Source: Coniocarpon cinnabarinum (taxonomy: Eukaryota). From it: DNA of 64,000 nucleotides. Positions within the stretch are counted from its first letter, which is position 1. Each line of letters begins with the position of its first letter. Shown here one piece after another: positions 11,190-24,520 of the stretch. The DNA is taken from contig JAVECO010000108.1 of the NCBI GenBank assembly GCA_051942205.1, positions 1 through 64,000 of the forward strand, in the 5' to 3' direction. The notes under the pieces are model-generated. The model was given only the letters and a program-made list of their open reading frames with translations. It searched no databases and was not told where the DNA came from. The position numbers and the translations under genes were made by a program.

Positions 11190-14008
11190 ATGGAGCCCGT
11201 CACCGCCTTCGGGCTTGCCATGAATGTCTGCCAAGCGGTGGAGTTTGGCATCAACGTTGTGAAGAACTGTAGGCGTCTTCATGCGGGTGATATCGGCCAT
11301 TCAGCGCTTCGGGAGCAATGTCAAAGTCTGTCTGAGTGCATCGAGATGCTGCGAACGCACGTTGAAGCTGCAACCCCACAAACGCTTGCTGAAACATGTG
11401 AAAGCAATCTCGTCAAAGCCAGCAAGGAATGCATGAATGCAGCAGAATCGCTAAAAGAGGAAGCTGAAAAGTTTCTCGTCCCTGCCGAGCAACATGGCAA
11501 GAGATGGCAGACTTTTAAAGTGGCACTTAAAATTTCGTTCGGCTCGATGAGCATTATGACACGCAAACGCGATCAGCTCAGAGGATGTCGTGAGAATTTA
11601 ATATTGTCCATTCTCGTAGACCTCAGGTATTTGGCTGGATATTGAATCTGCCCCAGCGGTGGATTTTTGCGTGTCCGTATTTCACCGGCAATGCTAACCC
11701 ACTACCGTAGGTCGAACAACATCATTGAAGAGCAGCAATGGCAACATTTTTGTCGCCACTGGGGATCAACGGCAGAAGTTTCCACACAGATAGACAAAGC
11801 AAGCGAACGGCTGTATAACGTGACCATGGACCAGGGGATACTCACTCGCTCTCATGTCACTACCGAGGCAAATCGTATACGCATCGATTTGCTCGATGCG
11901 GCCGCAGCCGAAAAAGCTCAAAGTCGAAATAGTAGCCGCATCCAAAAGGTCTTGGAACATCTATCATTTGCAGAAATGGGCGCTCGGCGGGAGGAGGTGC
12001 GACCAGCTCACGAACGCACGTTTCAGTGGATCTTCTCCACTGAAAGGGATCAAAAACAACGGGACAGCTTCTCAGACTGGCTAAAGCGCGATGAAAGCAT
12101 TTACTGGATAAACGGAAAACCACGCTCTGGCAAATCCACGCTCATGCGATTCGTCTTGGAGAACCCTGTAACGACAAGATTTCTAGAGGATTGGTCCAAC
12201 GCTGAAGTGAATATCCTGTCGTACTTTTTCTGGAGACCTGCGACTGAACCTCTTCAAAAAAAAAAAAAATGCTGTAGGCTTTGTCCGAGCTCTACTTTAC
12301 CAAATCCTCAAACGTCATCCGCACCACATCACTGGGAGAGCAAATGACGACTACTACAGACACTCATACTTTGATTCCTATCAGCGCAGTTCTTCAACTC
12401 TATGCTCGGTGCTTGCTTTGCTCGCCGAGTTCGAAAAGAAACACTTTTGCATCTTTGTAGATGGCTTGGACGAAGCATTGGAGGAATCCCAAGGGCCATT
12501 GGTATCTCTAATTCGCGAGCTGTCACTCTTGAAACGGGTCAAAATTTGTGTCAGCAGCCGGCCTGAAGCGCGCTTTGCCCACGCTTTCAAGACTTATCCC
12601 AGTCTGTCCTTGCAGGAGCTCAGTCGCGGTGATATCAGAGAGGTGACTGAAGCATGGTTTGCTCAGCAGAGGGTGGATGATCCTGATTGCATTCTTTCAA
12701 CTAACGAAGCGGATGCTCTGTCGACTCAGGTAATCGACAAGGCCGAAGGGATTTTCTTGTGGGTTAGACTTGCACTTGCCTCCATGGAAGCGGGTCTATC
12801 CTACGGTGAGTCCTCAAAGGACTTGGAAACAAGATTACAAGAGCTTCCCACTGAGCTGAAGGAGCTATTTGCGCATGTTTTGCAGCGCATTCCACCCAGA
12901 TATCGCGTTGAGTCCGCCAGGTACATCAAACTGATGCGAGCATCCCGCAAGGTAAGCAACAGCCTTTGTGTCACGTCAATAGAGCTTTAGAGTACATGAA
13001 TTAGCGTGTAATGCAGTAGTGCTGTCTGCTCTTTTCTTTTGACAGCTGAGAACCCAGCTTGGGCTTGCTAAGTCCTTTTCCTGTCATCTTCTAGACTGAT
13101 TCAAGCTAATTCCGGGGTTGTTTAGGTTGGTCTTACTAAGTTGAACACCAAGTTTGTCGCATTGACTGAAATATCTGCTGCTGATGAGCACTATGACGGT
13201 ACATGGGACAAAACAATGCTTCAAAAACGTTTCGGACGCGTGGAGAAGCGCGTAACGTTGCGGACCGCCGGCATGTTAGAGCTGGGACAGCGATTGAAAA
13301 GACAAGACCAAGCAGGTACCGAACCAAAGACGCCTACGAAGCTGAGATTTGTCTATCGAACCGCAGAAGAATACCTTAACACTGAGCGTCACTGTCTATC
13401 CCCAGTTCTAGAGGAGGACGCAAATTGGTGTGCCGCTCGCGAATTAGCTAGAGCAGCAATATCGGTCATGTCCCTCTCCAAGCTTTCGGAAACTAACCCC
13501 TCAGAACCTCATCCTCTATTCTCAAACCACACGCTTCCTCGCGTGGCTATGTCATGTCTACAACTTGCCCAGCAGCAAAACACAGGCCCCGAAGACAAAA
13601 TTTTGGAGACCCTTGTCTCAGGATCAGTGCATGTGATACGCAAAGTCACGGGACAGCCAGTACAAGATCCAGAAGCATGGAGGGTCTTGTTAGGGAAGGT
13701 GGTTGACCATCAAAGCATCGAGAAGCCTGTACGTCTCGACCACGTTCTCTCCACTGACCACATAGCATGGTCATATGAATATCAGGCAAAGGTTGGGCTG
13801 TTCCTATTCCTTTCGATGAGAAAGTGCGCATTGATACTCATGTTTGTAGGACAGTCTAGGCGTGTACGCTTCGTGGGGATTGTTCAGACCAGTGCATGCT
13901 GCTTTGCAGAACGGATACGCGAATTCAACGTATCTGTTGAAATGTGTAATGGAGACTGTATGTTTGCGGTTAGAAATAAGGTTGGCGCTGTTGCACACGG
14001 TGTGGTAA
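11190..14008 (+). pseudogene. Fungal NLR-like NACHT NTPase with N-terminal helical (HeLo-like/SesA-type) domain; frameshifted at an A14 tract and probably 3'-truncated
   Basis: MEPVTAFGLAMNVCQAVEFG N-terminus; PAHERTFQWIF; Walker A WINGKPRSGKSTLM; Walker B FCIFVDGLDE; KICVSSRPE; AEGIFLWVRL. Introns ~11627-11710, 12952-13125, ~13792-13849. Frame break at 12256-12269. Confidence 0.82.
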
Positions 14009-14678
14009 TTGCAACCATCTACCAGTTGGTCTCGACGATCTGCTAGTAACCGCAAATTACAACTAATTAGAGCGCTTTTCGCGCTACTTTTTTTTATTAG
14101 TACTTTGTTATACTAACTAGTAGTTAGTAGCGCTTATACTAGTAAATAATAATACTATAAGCGCTATAATAGTAAAGTCCTATATTTATAGTTAACTATT
14201 ATATAGTTATATAATTAGTAAGAAAGATATAGTAAATATAAAGGGTTTATAGTTATTATATATATAATCTAATTAAATTATATTTTTTTATAGCTTTATA
14301 TAATTTTAGATATATAATTACTATCTAAATAGGCTTAGTATAAATATTATTATTAATATTATAAGAGGAGTTCTATTATATAACCTTTATATTCTTTTAC
14401 GCGCTTTTAAATTATAAAGATTTAAGCGCTTTAGTTTAGTAGTTATATAGTAAGTTAATAGCTTTTTTTTAATATAACGCTAAATGTTTAAATCTTAGAA
14501 AGATGATATAAGCTAAAAACTATAAATTAGTACGTCTAAGGCCCTCTATACTCTCTAGGCCTAATAAGAATAATTATAGATATTTAAAACTAACTATAGA
14601 AACCTCTTTCTACTATTAAAGCTAGTTATAATAAATTAAACTAACTAGTTAACTATAGTAGCTCTTTTTTTAATATTC

Positions 14679-14850
14679 TTTTAGTAGATTTAGTAGTAGA
14701 TTTAGTAGTAGATTTAGTAGTAGATTTAGTAGCAAATTAGTAGTAAATTTAGTAAGATTTAATAGTAGATCTAGTAGTAGTAAATTTAGTAGTAGATTTA
14801 ATAGCGATTTAATAGTAAATTTAGTAAGATTTAATAGTAGATCTAGTAGT
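14679..14850 (+). repeat. Degenerate 12-bp tandem repeat (TTTAGTAGTAGA)n
   Basis: Direct reading: ttagtagatttagtagtagatttagtagtagatttagtagtagattt..., degenerating toward 14850. Confidence 0.85.
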
Positions 14851-15366
14851 TATACTTTTTTTTATATAATATACTATATAAGACTAAATATAACTATAAG
14901 TACTAGTAGTAGTAAAAATATAAGCCTCTATACTTATCTTAGTATCTTATAGACCTATAAAAGTTATAGCGTAAGCTATACTACCTATAGAAAAACTAAT
15001 AAAAATATTAATTAATTTATATATAGCGTAGAAGCGCTATAATAAGAAGTTATAGTAGAATTATATAGTTATAATTAATCTATATAAAAAAAATTAAAGT
15101 ATTATAAAGTATACTAAAAGTACTTAGAATAAGCTAAAAAAATATTACTAAAAAGCTTTTTTAGTAGTTAATAAAAGTAGTATTATTAGTAATAATTATG
15201 CTTCTTACTTAATATTATAACTATAGTAAAGTAATTTAATATAAGTGCTTAATATTAAAAGAGTAATTACTTATTTATTACGCCTATGTACACCTTTTTA
15301 ACTTACTTATTACTTTATTTATTATTATATTTCTTTATATATATTAATCTAGTAGTAAGCATACTT

Positions 15367-15367
<1 letters not shown>

Positions 15368-15417
<50 letters not shown>
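15368..15417 (+). repeat. (TAA)n microsatellite, ~16 units
   Basis: Direct reading. Confidence 0.95.
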
Positions 15418-18400
15418 TTATATATACTTATTACTAACCTATGCGTTATAATATAAGTAGTATATTTAGAGTAGATTAGCTTTTTTAAATAGGTTTCTAT
15501 ATACTTTAGTTATTTAATAGTTATAAATCTAAAATTTATCTAAGTCTAGTTCTTAACTCTTATAAGCTTTTTTAAACTCTATACTAGCGCTAATTAGGTC
15601 TATTTATATACGTATTTAAGCCTTTGTACTTAAAAGAATAATTAAAGCTACTTAATTACTTAAGTACTAGGCTAAGGTAATAAGTTAGTCTAGCCTTCTT
15701 ATACTATATATTAGCCTATCTATAATTTTTATAATACTACTTAAGAATCTAGAACTATTCTACTAACTACCTCTAATTAAAATTTTTAGTTTTTGCTTTT
15801 CTAAGATTAAGCTTAAGTAACTAGCTATAGATATTATAGTTCTAATTAGTACTATTATAAGTCTAGTATTCTAAATTTTTTTTTAATATATATATGTCTA
15901 GTTAATAGTCTAGCTAATATATTCTATATTAGCTAATTATTCTATTCTAAGTCTACTAAATTACTACCTTTACTAGCTAGTATATTTTTAAGAATTTTTT
16001 AGGTACTAGCTTATACCTAGCTATACTTTATTTTATAAGTCTTCTTATAATTTACCCTTTAATTTTTATAATTCTTTAATCTAAGAGTTTTTTTTATATC
16101 TTTTAATTTCTTTACTTTATATATACGCGTTAGACCTACTTAGTAGTAGTATAAGATTCTTATACGCTAACTTAGTATTCTTATTTATATTTATATATTT
16201 CGTTTCTTTTTTTTAACTCTTTTTTCTTTTTTTAACTAGCCTTTTTTTTTTGCTTTTCTACTACTAACTACCTTTAAATAGTATTTTTTTAAGTTTAGCT
16301 ACTTCTCTAAAGCTCTCTATTTATAAATTACTTAGTATTTTCTTATTAGGCCTATTTATATATTAATCTTTTAAAGCTTAGTCTAGTAACTAATTACTAT
16401 AGTAACGTAGCTTTAAATATTAATAATAACTTTGTTAACTATTAATAATATATTTTTAATACTAAATATAGCTTTTTATTTTTTAGCTAGTAAGTTTTAT
16501 TTTTAAATATATAGCTACTTTATTTTTTAAATTTTAGATTTTATAGTATTAAGCTTATTAGTAACTTATATAGACTCTTTACTTTTTTTTTATATAAAAG
16601 ATATCTAAATTACTTTCTACCTTACCTTTAAAAAAAAGGATATTCTATACTTTAAAGTAATTAATCGCTTTAGTATCTAAGTTCTATTTTTTAGTTACTT
16701 ATAAAAAATATAAAGGTATAGTACCTTTTATTAGTAAGTAAAGATTAAGATTCTATTTTATATTTCTAACTTATATATCTTTATTAAATAATTCTAACTA
16801 ATTTTTTTTAGAGGGTTGTAAGGGCACGTTAGACCTCTTGCTTCTTTAGAAAGCTTATAAGCCTATATAGAATAGTATATTAATTACCCCTAAGCTTATA
16901 AAAAATTTTACTTTTTAGTAATTATTATACTTAGTAATCTAATATTAAATAGACACTAAATTAGTATTAGTTCGCTCCCTATCCTATACCTAATCCTTAT
17001 ATAGCGCTAAAAATATACTATACATCTAAAGCTTCTTTTTAATATAGTATACTATACTTTAATAGATATAATAGTACTTAGTAATTATACTAGATTACTA
17101 GTATAAATATAAAAGACATATAATTTTTAGATATATAGTATTATATATATAAAGTTCTTACTCTCTAACTATCTTAATAGTAGTAGTAAGGTGAAAATAC
17201 CTTAATTACCTATATCTATACAAAAGAGCAGCTTTAATTCTTTTTAATTAGGCTAAAAAAACCGTTAAAAATAATAATAATAATAAGGTAAGTGATATTA
17301 ACAAAGCAGCTCAATTTACTATAAGAACACTAGGAAATTTAAGCTAAGCAATTTGCTAAGGATTCGCTGATGATAGTTATCTAGCAATATTAAAAGGGTT
17401 GCCAGGGGCTCCTCGCATTTGAGTATAGTTTGACTCTCAGCATCTTCGAGAGGGACGCTCAACAGTGCATGCAGTATCCATCCAAAACGAATGATAAACC
17501 AGCTGATGCGCTATGCGAGCGAAACACTTACACAATCACGTATTCAGACCTGAGACCAATTGATCCAGCAGCATGGATGTTGCTAGCGAGTGCGCTGAGG
17601 TCAACTTACCTCAGTTTTCGAGGCGTGTCTTTCTCATGGACACACAAACCTGCTCGAGGTCTTCTGCAGCCTAAATACGACTGTTTGTTTCAAATATATT
17701 TCTCGCACGTGCCAGAACAGCAGACATCATAAGCGGATTGATTTCCCACCCCCGTCATATTGATGAAACGTTGACAATGACTCAGGACTTCCCCATTGCA
17801 AAACACTTCTGCTTTCGAAGCCGTATTCCATCCAGACATTCGGTCTCTAAAGCATGTTGCAAACTCTTTATTGAAACTGCGGAATTCTACTGCAACGGCC
17901 GCGCCACAGAAGCACAGCAATGAAAGCGCCCAGCTACACGTGTAATCCACCTTACCCTGCTTCGCTGCTTTGATTTCACCTCTGCAAAGGTGTGCCAGCG
18001 GCCGTAATTGTTTTCTCAGCAGATAATCGCTCTCTTCGTTATAATCATGGAATCCTCTTCGAAGATGCAAAGCCTGCATTCAGCTAAAATATATGAACAT
18101 CGTCCTCTGCCAGGGCGCCCACAAAAATGTTCTTACCTGTAGCCACCTCACGTGTAGAGGCTGTTGTTGAGGCTCTGCGGATATTGACGACACGACTTCG
18201 ATCATTTCTGCTGCGACACGGACGATCTCGTATGTACACGGATTGACTGATCCATGCTCCATTCGTATCAGACCAGCTACTCCGATGAATTACAGGATAA
18301 TGACATTACGAGACACTGCTTTGGCCACTTTCAGTTCATTCCAACTGCCTAGATTTGTATGTAAGGTTGACTCGAACTAATCATCGTCTTGTGCTGCTTC

Positions 18401-19344
18401 TGAGCTGCTACGAATTTCCCCAAAATCTGGCAGCTTCGTTGAACTCTTGGGAAGTCGCTGCAATAGATCGAATGCTGCATTGACAGCAAATTCTGTGCTT
18501 ATCCTATTTGGTAAACATCTTCTAACGGTGCAAACTGAATGCTGAGATTGCATCTCGTCCAATGCTCGAAAGCATACTGACTGATATGTAGTGCACGCCA
18601 GAAACTCAAAGCACCGCTCACGCATCTATGTAAGACCTTTTCCCAGAGAAGACATATAAACTCGGGAGATCGGCAGTTGGAAACTCGTGGACGTCGATGT
18701 ATACATTCTCGATCTTTGCCTACTTCCTCCATACCCGGTTGACCCAGTTAAGATCAACAATATCATTCCGGATTGCACACCTTTCCGATTCAAAGCGCTT
18801 GACAAATTCACCTCAAGCCAGTGTTGAGCAAGTTGAGTACCTTTTGCTAGCTTCCATTATCAATTATGATGAAGCATACTTTATTCAAATTCAAGCGGAC
18901 ATTGTCATCGTGGCTAGTAAGTCCAGGATAGCTCACCCGACACGCAAGTCATGCTAGTCCACACACAGAGACAACTCGTCACAGGCTAGATGCGCATCAC
19001 TGTTCCTCTTGGGTCGGATGACGCTCACGAACAAGAAGTCGATGTGCGGCGCGATTCTGATCACAATTCAGGACTCACGTGTAGCATAGCTCGTGACGAT
19101 ATTAAGGCCTTGTTTTTCAGGCATGAAGAGCCTGGGCAAACCACGTTTCCCAACGAGTCCGCCGTCACTGCTTGCACGTTTGCTTATCCTAACAAGTTTC
19201 ACGGCTTCGACAACGCCTCGTTCTCCGCCTTACTTTTCTCATTTGGAGGTCAAGCTCTTTATTTGCTCACACTCTTCAAAGTCTATCCTGTCATCCTTTG
19301 TCTCCTTACTCGCACGTCCGCCTCATTGATCAGATCGCCATCGA

Positions 19345-20250
19345 ATGGCTTCGCCGCGAGGCCCGGGGCCCCGCCCGAACAATAACCGCTTCGCCCAATT
19401 TAAACTTGTACTACTTGGTGCGGAACCAGATGCTGCAAATCCGTGTCAAAGCTAATCTTATACAGGTGAATCCGCCGTAGGAAAGGTACGGCTTTCCAAC
19501 TAAATCGACAGCTCCTCGCCGCTGACAATTAAGCCAGAGTTCGTTGGTCCTGCGGTTCGTGAAAGTACGTGAAGCCCTGGCTGGTGCTCATAACCTGATC
19601 GAGCATGTTGTTGACTTTCATGCAAGGATCAATTCGACGAATATCGTGAATCCACCATCGGCGCAGCTTTCCTCACTCAGACCGTTCCGCTTCCCGAGAA
19701 AGATGCCACCGTCAAGTTTGAAATATGGGACACAGCAGGCCAAGAACGATATAAATCACTAGCCCCTATGTATTACCGGAACGCCAATTGTGCCGTGGTA
19801 GTATACGACATCACGCAAGCTGTACGTTCTCACCAAAGTGTCACTGATCACCCAAGCTAAGCCAGCATCAAGGCCTCTCTCGATAAAGCCAAGATGTGGA
19901 TCAAGGAGCTCCAACGCCAAGCAAGCGAGAACATCGTGATTGCTCTGGTGGGCAACAAGCTCGATCTTGTTGAGGAGGAACCTAGCAAGCGCGTAGTCAG
20001 CCAAGAAGATGCTGAAACATATTGCACACAAATCAATCAGCAGTCAGACCGAAAATCCGATCTCTTATGGTTCGAGGCATCCGCAAAGAGTGGAAAAAAT
20101 GTGCAGGATATATTTACGACAATTGCAAACCAGATGGACGTGGAGAAATTCGCACAAAGAGGGCTGCGACAACCAAGAGAATCTGTAGCGCTTGGCGGTG
20201 ACAGGCGAGAGGGCAACTCGACAACGGAGCCTTCCGGTTGCAATTGTTAG
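19345..20250 (+). CDS. YPT52: Rab5-family GTPase (Ypt52/Vps21-like), 5 exons
   Basis: [70 protein letters not shown]-terminal CXC (GCNC). Confidence 0.9.
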
Positions 20251-20525
20251 GCCGCGCCCCTTTTGCTGTGATATGAAGAACTTCTTCCGCTGTGATTTTG
20301 TGGTCAGTATGAGGCGCAAGGAGTTGAAAGGGTGCCAGATATTGGACTCGAGCTATTACTCGAAGGCCGCTGTACGAAGTGACGAGGCAGCTGTTTTGTA
20401 GAGACTAATTAAGATTCTAAGAAGGCTGGTTGCACTTGTGGTTTCAGGCGTTAAGCCCTGGCACAGACGGGCAGTCGAACTCCATAATGACATGTACGTG
20501 GCTGGCTCATTGGAATACTACTAAC

Positions 20526-21218
20526 TCATTCCTTACCATTGGAATCATCTCTTGGATGCCTCCGTCGCCACAAACTCATGGCCGCTAACAAGAACGGGCT
20601 TTGCAGAGCAACATCTCTCAGTTCATCTCGCTCCAGTACCGAACTTCTCACATCTGCCATTGGCTCGGATGCTTCCTGCTCTCTTTTCTCGGCCTCCTCA
20701 ATTTCCCTTCGCTTCTCCATCTGCGCTCTTGCTTCCCTTCTCTTCCTCTTCCGCTCCCGCTCCATCTTGTCCTCTTCATCCCTCGCCTCCAACTCCCTAA
20801 TCCACGCGTCCCTTTTTTCCTGCGCTCGTTTCTCGCCTAGCAGCCCCTCGTAATGCTTCCGCTTCTCGCGGTCCTCTTTCCAATACACGCTTCCAACACA
20901 GAGACACAGTAGCGTGAATGCTTGCGCGTATACACGTGCGCGAAAGAAGCGATTTGTGTTTGTTTTGTCGCCGCGTCGAATGGATTTAGTTGCGCCATAC
21001 AGCGCGTAGCACGTTGCAGCAAGGCCAATCGGAATCAGAGGTTCTTCTTTCAGGCGGCGGCGGAGCTTCGACCAGCGGCCTTCATCCCAGAAGTCTCTGA
21101 ACACATGTTAGGTCGTGCTGACAGGGACGACTGTAGAACAAGCATACAGATCATTGTCGAAAGATGAGGGCATAGGCGCATCGCCCTTGACCGTATCTGG
21201 CATGGGTGCTCGAGACAT
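20526..21218 (-). CDS. RCF1: Respiratory supercomplex factor 1 (HIG1 domain)
   Basis: PMPSSFDND first exon, intron ~21100-21147, KLRRRLKEEPLIPIG, FFRARVYAQAFT, EKRDAWIRELEARD. Confidence 0.92.
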
Positions 21219-21659
21219 AGTAGGTAGCTGACGTGGGTGGATCAATTAAGCCAGAATAGTAGATGCAGCTCCTCTCGATTGTGTTATCGAGAACTACAGC
21301 TCAAAGATGCGTTACCCATACAATACCCTCAATCTTAGGGCCAACGAGATGAGAAGCTCGGAGTGACAGTAGTGAGGTCACAGCGTCGATCGGTTGCAAA
21401 ACTTTTGGCCACTGATCTGCGTTAGCTCCAATAGCTCATCGATGGTTGTACAGGGTAATTGTAATCCTAATTTCGCAAGCGATTTTTCCAAGAATTCATA
21501 TTTTCAAATCTGTGGAAGTCTTTCATACGCGCAAGAGTATTCGAGAATCGGCATTTAAGTCCACTAGATTGGCAATTAAGTCCGACCTTGATAAACCACT
21601 GGGGTCTTAGTACTGCAGTCGGGGACGACGCGGGAAAAGACCTCTGCGTACTTTTATTG

Positions 21660-21677
21660 ATTTTTTTTTTTTTTTTT
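21660..21677 (+). promoter_or_regulatory. Poly(dT) tract in the divergent RCF1/ILV1 promoter
   Basis: Run of ~18 T; such tracts typically disfavour nucleosomes. Confidence 0.5.
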
Positions 21678-21815
21678 GAAATTTCAGATCCGATCTCCGC
21701 ACATCTCATCAACCTGCGAATTTCCAGAGAGTCCTCGTAGATATACAGGCCAGCCGGGAGCATACACAACCTCTGCGATTCGTCCATTGGGACAGCAGAA
21801 GGCTCTCGTGTAGCA

Positions 21816-23636
21816 ATGTCTGCTCCATCTGAACCCAGAACTCCAACTCAAACATCCCATGGCTTGAATGGCACCCACACAGCTCAGACGCCGAAGCTAA
21901 CCAACTTTGCCCTTACTGAGTATTCTACTGTGTCGCCTACGGAGCCTCACGAACCCAAGTCCAAGGTCATCTCTGAGATTCCGGACGCGTTTTTGCTTCC
22001 CAATGGATCCCCAGATGTGTGAGCACTTGTTGACGACTCGAACCAAGCTTCGTGACTGATACTTGAGTAGTATCTGCGGCTGATACTCACCTCACGCGTG
22101 TACGAGGTCGTTGAAGAAACACCCTTGACACATGCCACGAATCTCAGCAATCGGCTAGAATGCCGTGTCCTGTTGAAGAGGGAAGATCTCCAGCCCGTGT
22201 TCAGTTTCAAACTGCGCGGAGCGTACAACAAAATGGCACACTTGGATCCCAAACAGAGATGGAAGGGCGTCATTGCTGTCTCAGCTGGTACGAGTCTACA
22301 AGCCTTGGTCATGGTTGCGTACTTCTGCTGACTTTGCCACAAAACAGGGAATCATGCTCAAGGGGTAGCCTTCTCAGCACGCAAGCTCCGCATCCCAGCT
22401 ACGATTGTGATGCCCTCCGGCACACCAGACATCAAGCACAAGAATGTCTCCCGGCTTGGTGGCTCTGTGGTTCTCCACGGGCCCGACTTTGACTCAGCAA
22501 AGGCACACGCAGCTCACCTGCAGACTACCCATGGCCTTACCAATATCCCGCCTTTCGATGATCCCTACGTGATCGCTGGTCAAGGCACCATCGGCATGGA
22601 ACTGCTCCGCCAAACGAACCTGAGCAAGCTTGAAGCCGTGTTCTGCTGTGTCGGTGGCGGCGGGCTCATTGCTGGCGTGGGCGTCTACCTCAAGCGCATT
22701 GCGCCCCATGTGAAGATCATTGGCGTGGAAACCTACGACGCCAACGCCATGGTCGAGTCGCTTCGCCATGGACAGCGCGTAACACTTTCAGATGTTGGTC
22801 TGTTCGCTGATGGCGCCGCCGTCAAGCAAGTCGGCGAGGAGACCTTCCGCGTCTGCGCAGAGGTAATCGACGAGATCATTCAAGTTTCCACTGACGAGAT
22901 CTGTGCGGCCATCAAAGATGTCTTCGAAGACACTCGCTCCATTCTCGAACCCGCAGGCGCTCTCTCACTAGCGGGCCTCAAGAAATACGTCAAAGCCCAT
23001 CCCTCACCGGACCCCGCTCGAGAACTCGTCGCCATCGCCTCGGGAGCGAACATGAACTTTGACCGGTTGCGCTTCGTGGCTGATCGCGCCGCCCTAGGTG
23101 AGAACAAAGAAGCGCTCCTTACCGTCACCATACCCGAGCGACCTGGCGCGTTTGCCGAGCTTGTCAAGAACATCTATCCCGCTGGGGTAACCGAGTTCTC
23201 GTACCGCTACTTCACTCCTAAAGCGGCCCATGTCATCATCTCCGTCTCAGCGACACGCAAATCGGTCGCAGACCTCATCACGCGACTCAATGCCAGTGGT
23301 ATGAAAGCGCTCGACCTCTCAGACGACGAACTCGCCAAAACGCACATTCGTCATCTCGTTGGCGGTCGCGCCGAGGTCGGAAACGAGCGACTGTATACCT
23401 TCGAGTTCCCGGAGCGGCCAGGAAGTTTGTATAAGTTCCTGACGAGTCTACAGCCGGGTTTCAATATCAGTGCGTTTCACTATCGGAATTACGGTGGAGA
23501 TGTCGCCAGGATCCTGGCGGGAATACAGGTGCCTGCGGGTCGGGAAGAGGAGTTGGAAAGTTTCCTGAAGGAGGTGGGGTATCCGTATCGTGAAGAGACG
23601 GGGAGTCAAGTTTACAGGATGTTCATGAGGGTGTGA
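21816..23636 (+). CDS. ILV1: Biosynthetic threonine dehydratase, 3 exons
   Basis: [18 protein letters not shown] (PLP lysine), [40 protein letters not shown], two ACT-like repeats ([14 protein letters not shown]). Confidence 0.96.
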
Positions 23637-24520
23637 GAGGCCTGTGTTGACCGGCCCCAAAGAGATGCGCTGGCTTTTGAGGTCCACTGTGTTGTTTGTG
23701 TTGCTGTGAGTGAACTCGAGAAGTCAAGCAGCCGGTATGCACAGCCTTACTCCTTACTCTACTATAGGCAACAAAATAAGATGTGATGAAGACCGCACAT
23801 CAGGCACACCTCCAATGCATTAATTTACTCTTCATCGGCTACTCTACTGAACACACTCTTATATTAACTACATTTCCTGATGTATACCGTAAGTTCTTGA
23901 CTAAGCAAAGAAACTATGTGTCAGTATCCGAGACGACGTGACTACAGCATAGAAGCGTATAAACACAGCCGCGCCACTACTCGCAAGTTTCCTTTCGAGT
24001 GGAAGCATCTACCAGGCCAGGCTATCCTCAAGTTGGTGTCCATAATAAATAGCGACGTCCAGCTGTCTCATTCCTCTACGTTACAAAAGCTATATTCGAT
24101 GCCGTTCTGACGCCTTAGCATTCTCGTCGAGGAGCAAAGGTAGTTCTGCAATATGAATACAGAATAGTAAAAAGGGGGTATTTGCTGGACACCTGCGTTG
24201 CTCCAGTCGAGCCTAAAGCATACGATACCATTCATCATTTCCTTGGGTGCAGATTCATGTTTGTTACTGTGGTATTGGTTACTGTGGTCCCTCTGCTGAA
24301 GAAGGACATCATTTCAGGTCCTTTCATAGCGTGAAACTGCTCTTGCGCTTCCAGCCTTGCGCGAAGACGGTTCCATTTGAGGGTCATGAAGTGATGAGTA
24401 AAACGTGTTCGTGCTATACAGATTTGCGCCAGAGATGTGTGAAATGCAACCTCTCCTAGATTACCTTCCTACCACCGTTATACGCAAACCACACCTCTCA
24501 GTGTCCCAGCCATCGTCTCA

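Larger units (their letters stand above)
14050..17390. mobile_element. AT-rich RIP-degraded relic (repeat- or transposon-derived, family unrecognisable)
   Basis: Abrupt fall in GC; very abundant TpA (TAG, TAA, CTA) with near absence of CpA/TpG; no ORF in the supplied track across 3.3 kb. No TIR or LTR recognised. Confidence 0.75.

Noticed and set aside
14679..14850. CRISPR-like array
   Set aside because: Contiguous tandem units with no unique spacers; eukaryotic context; no cas genes.
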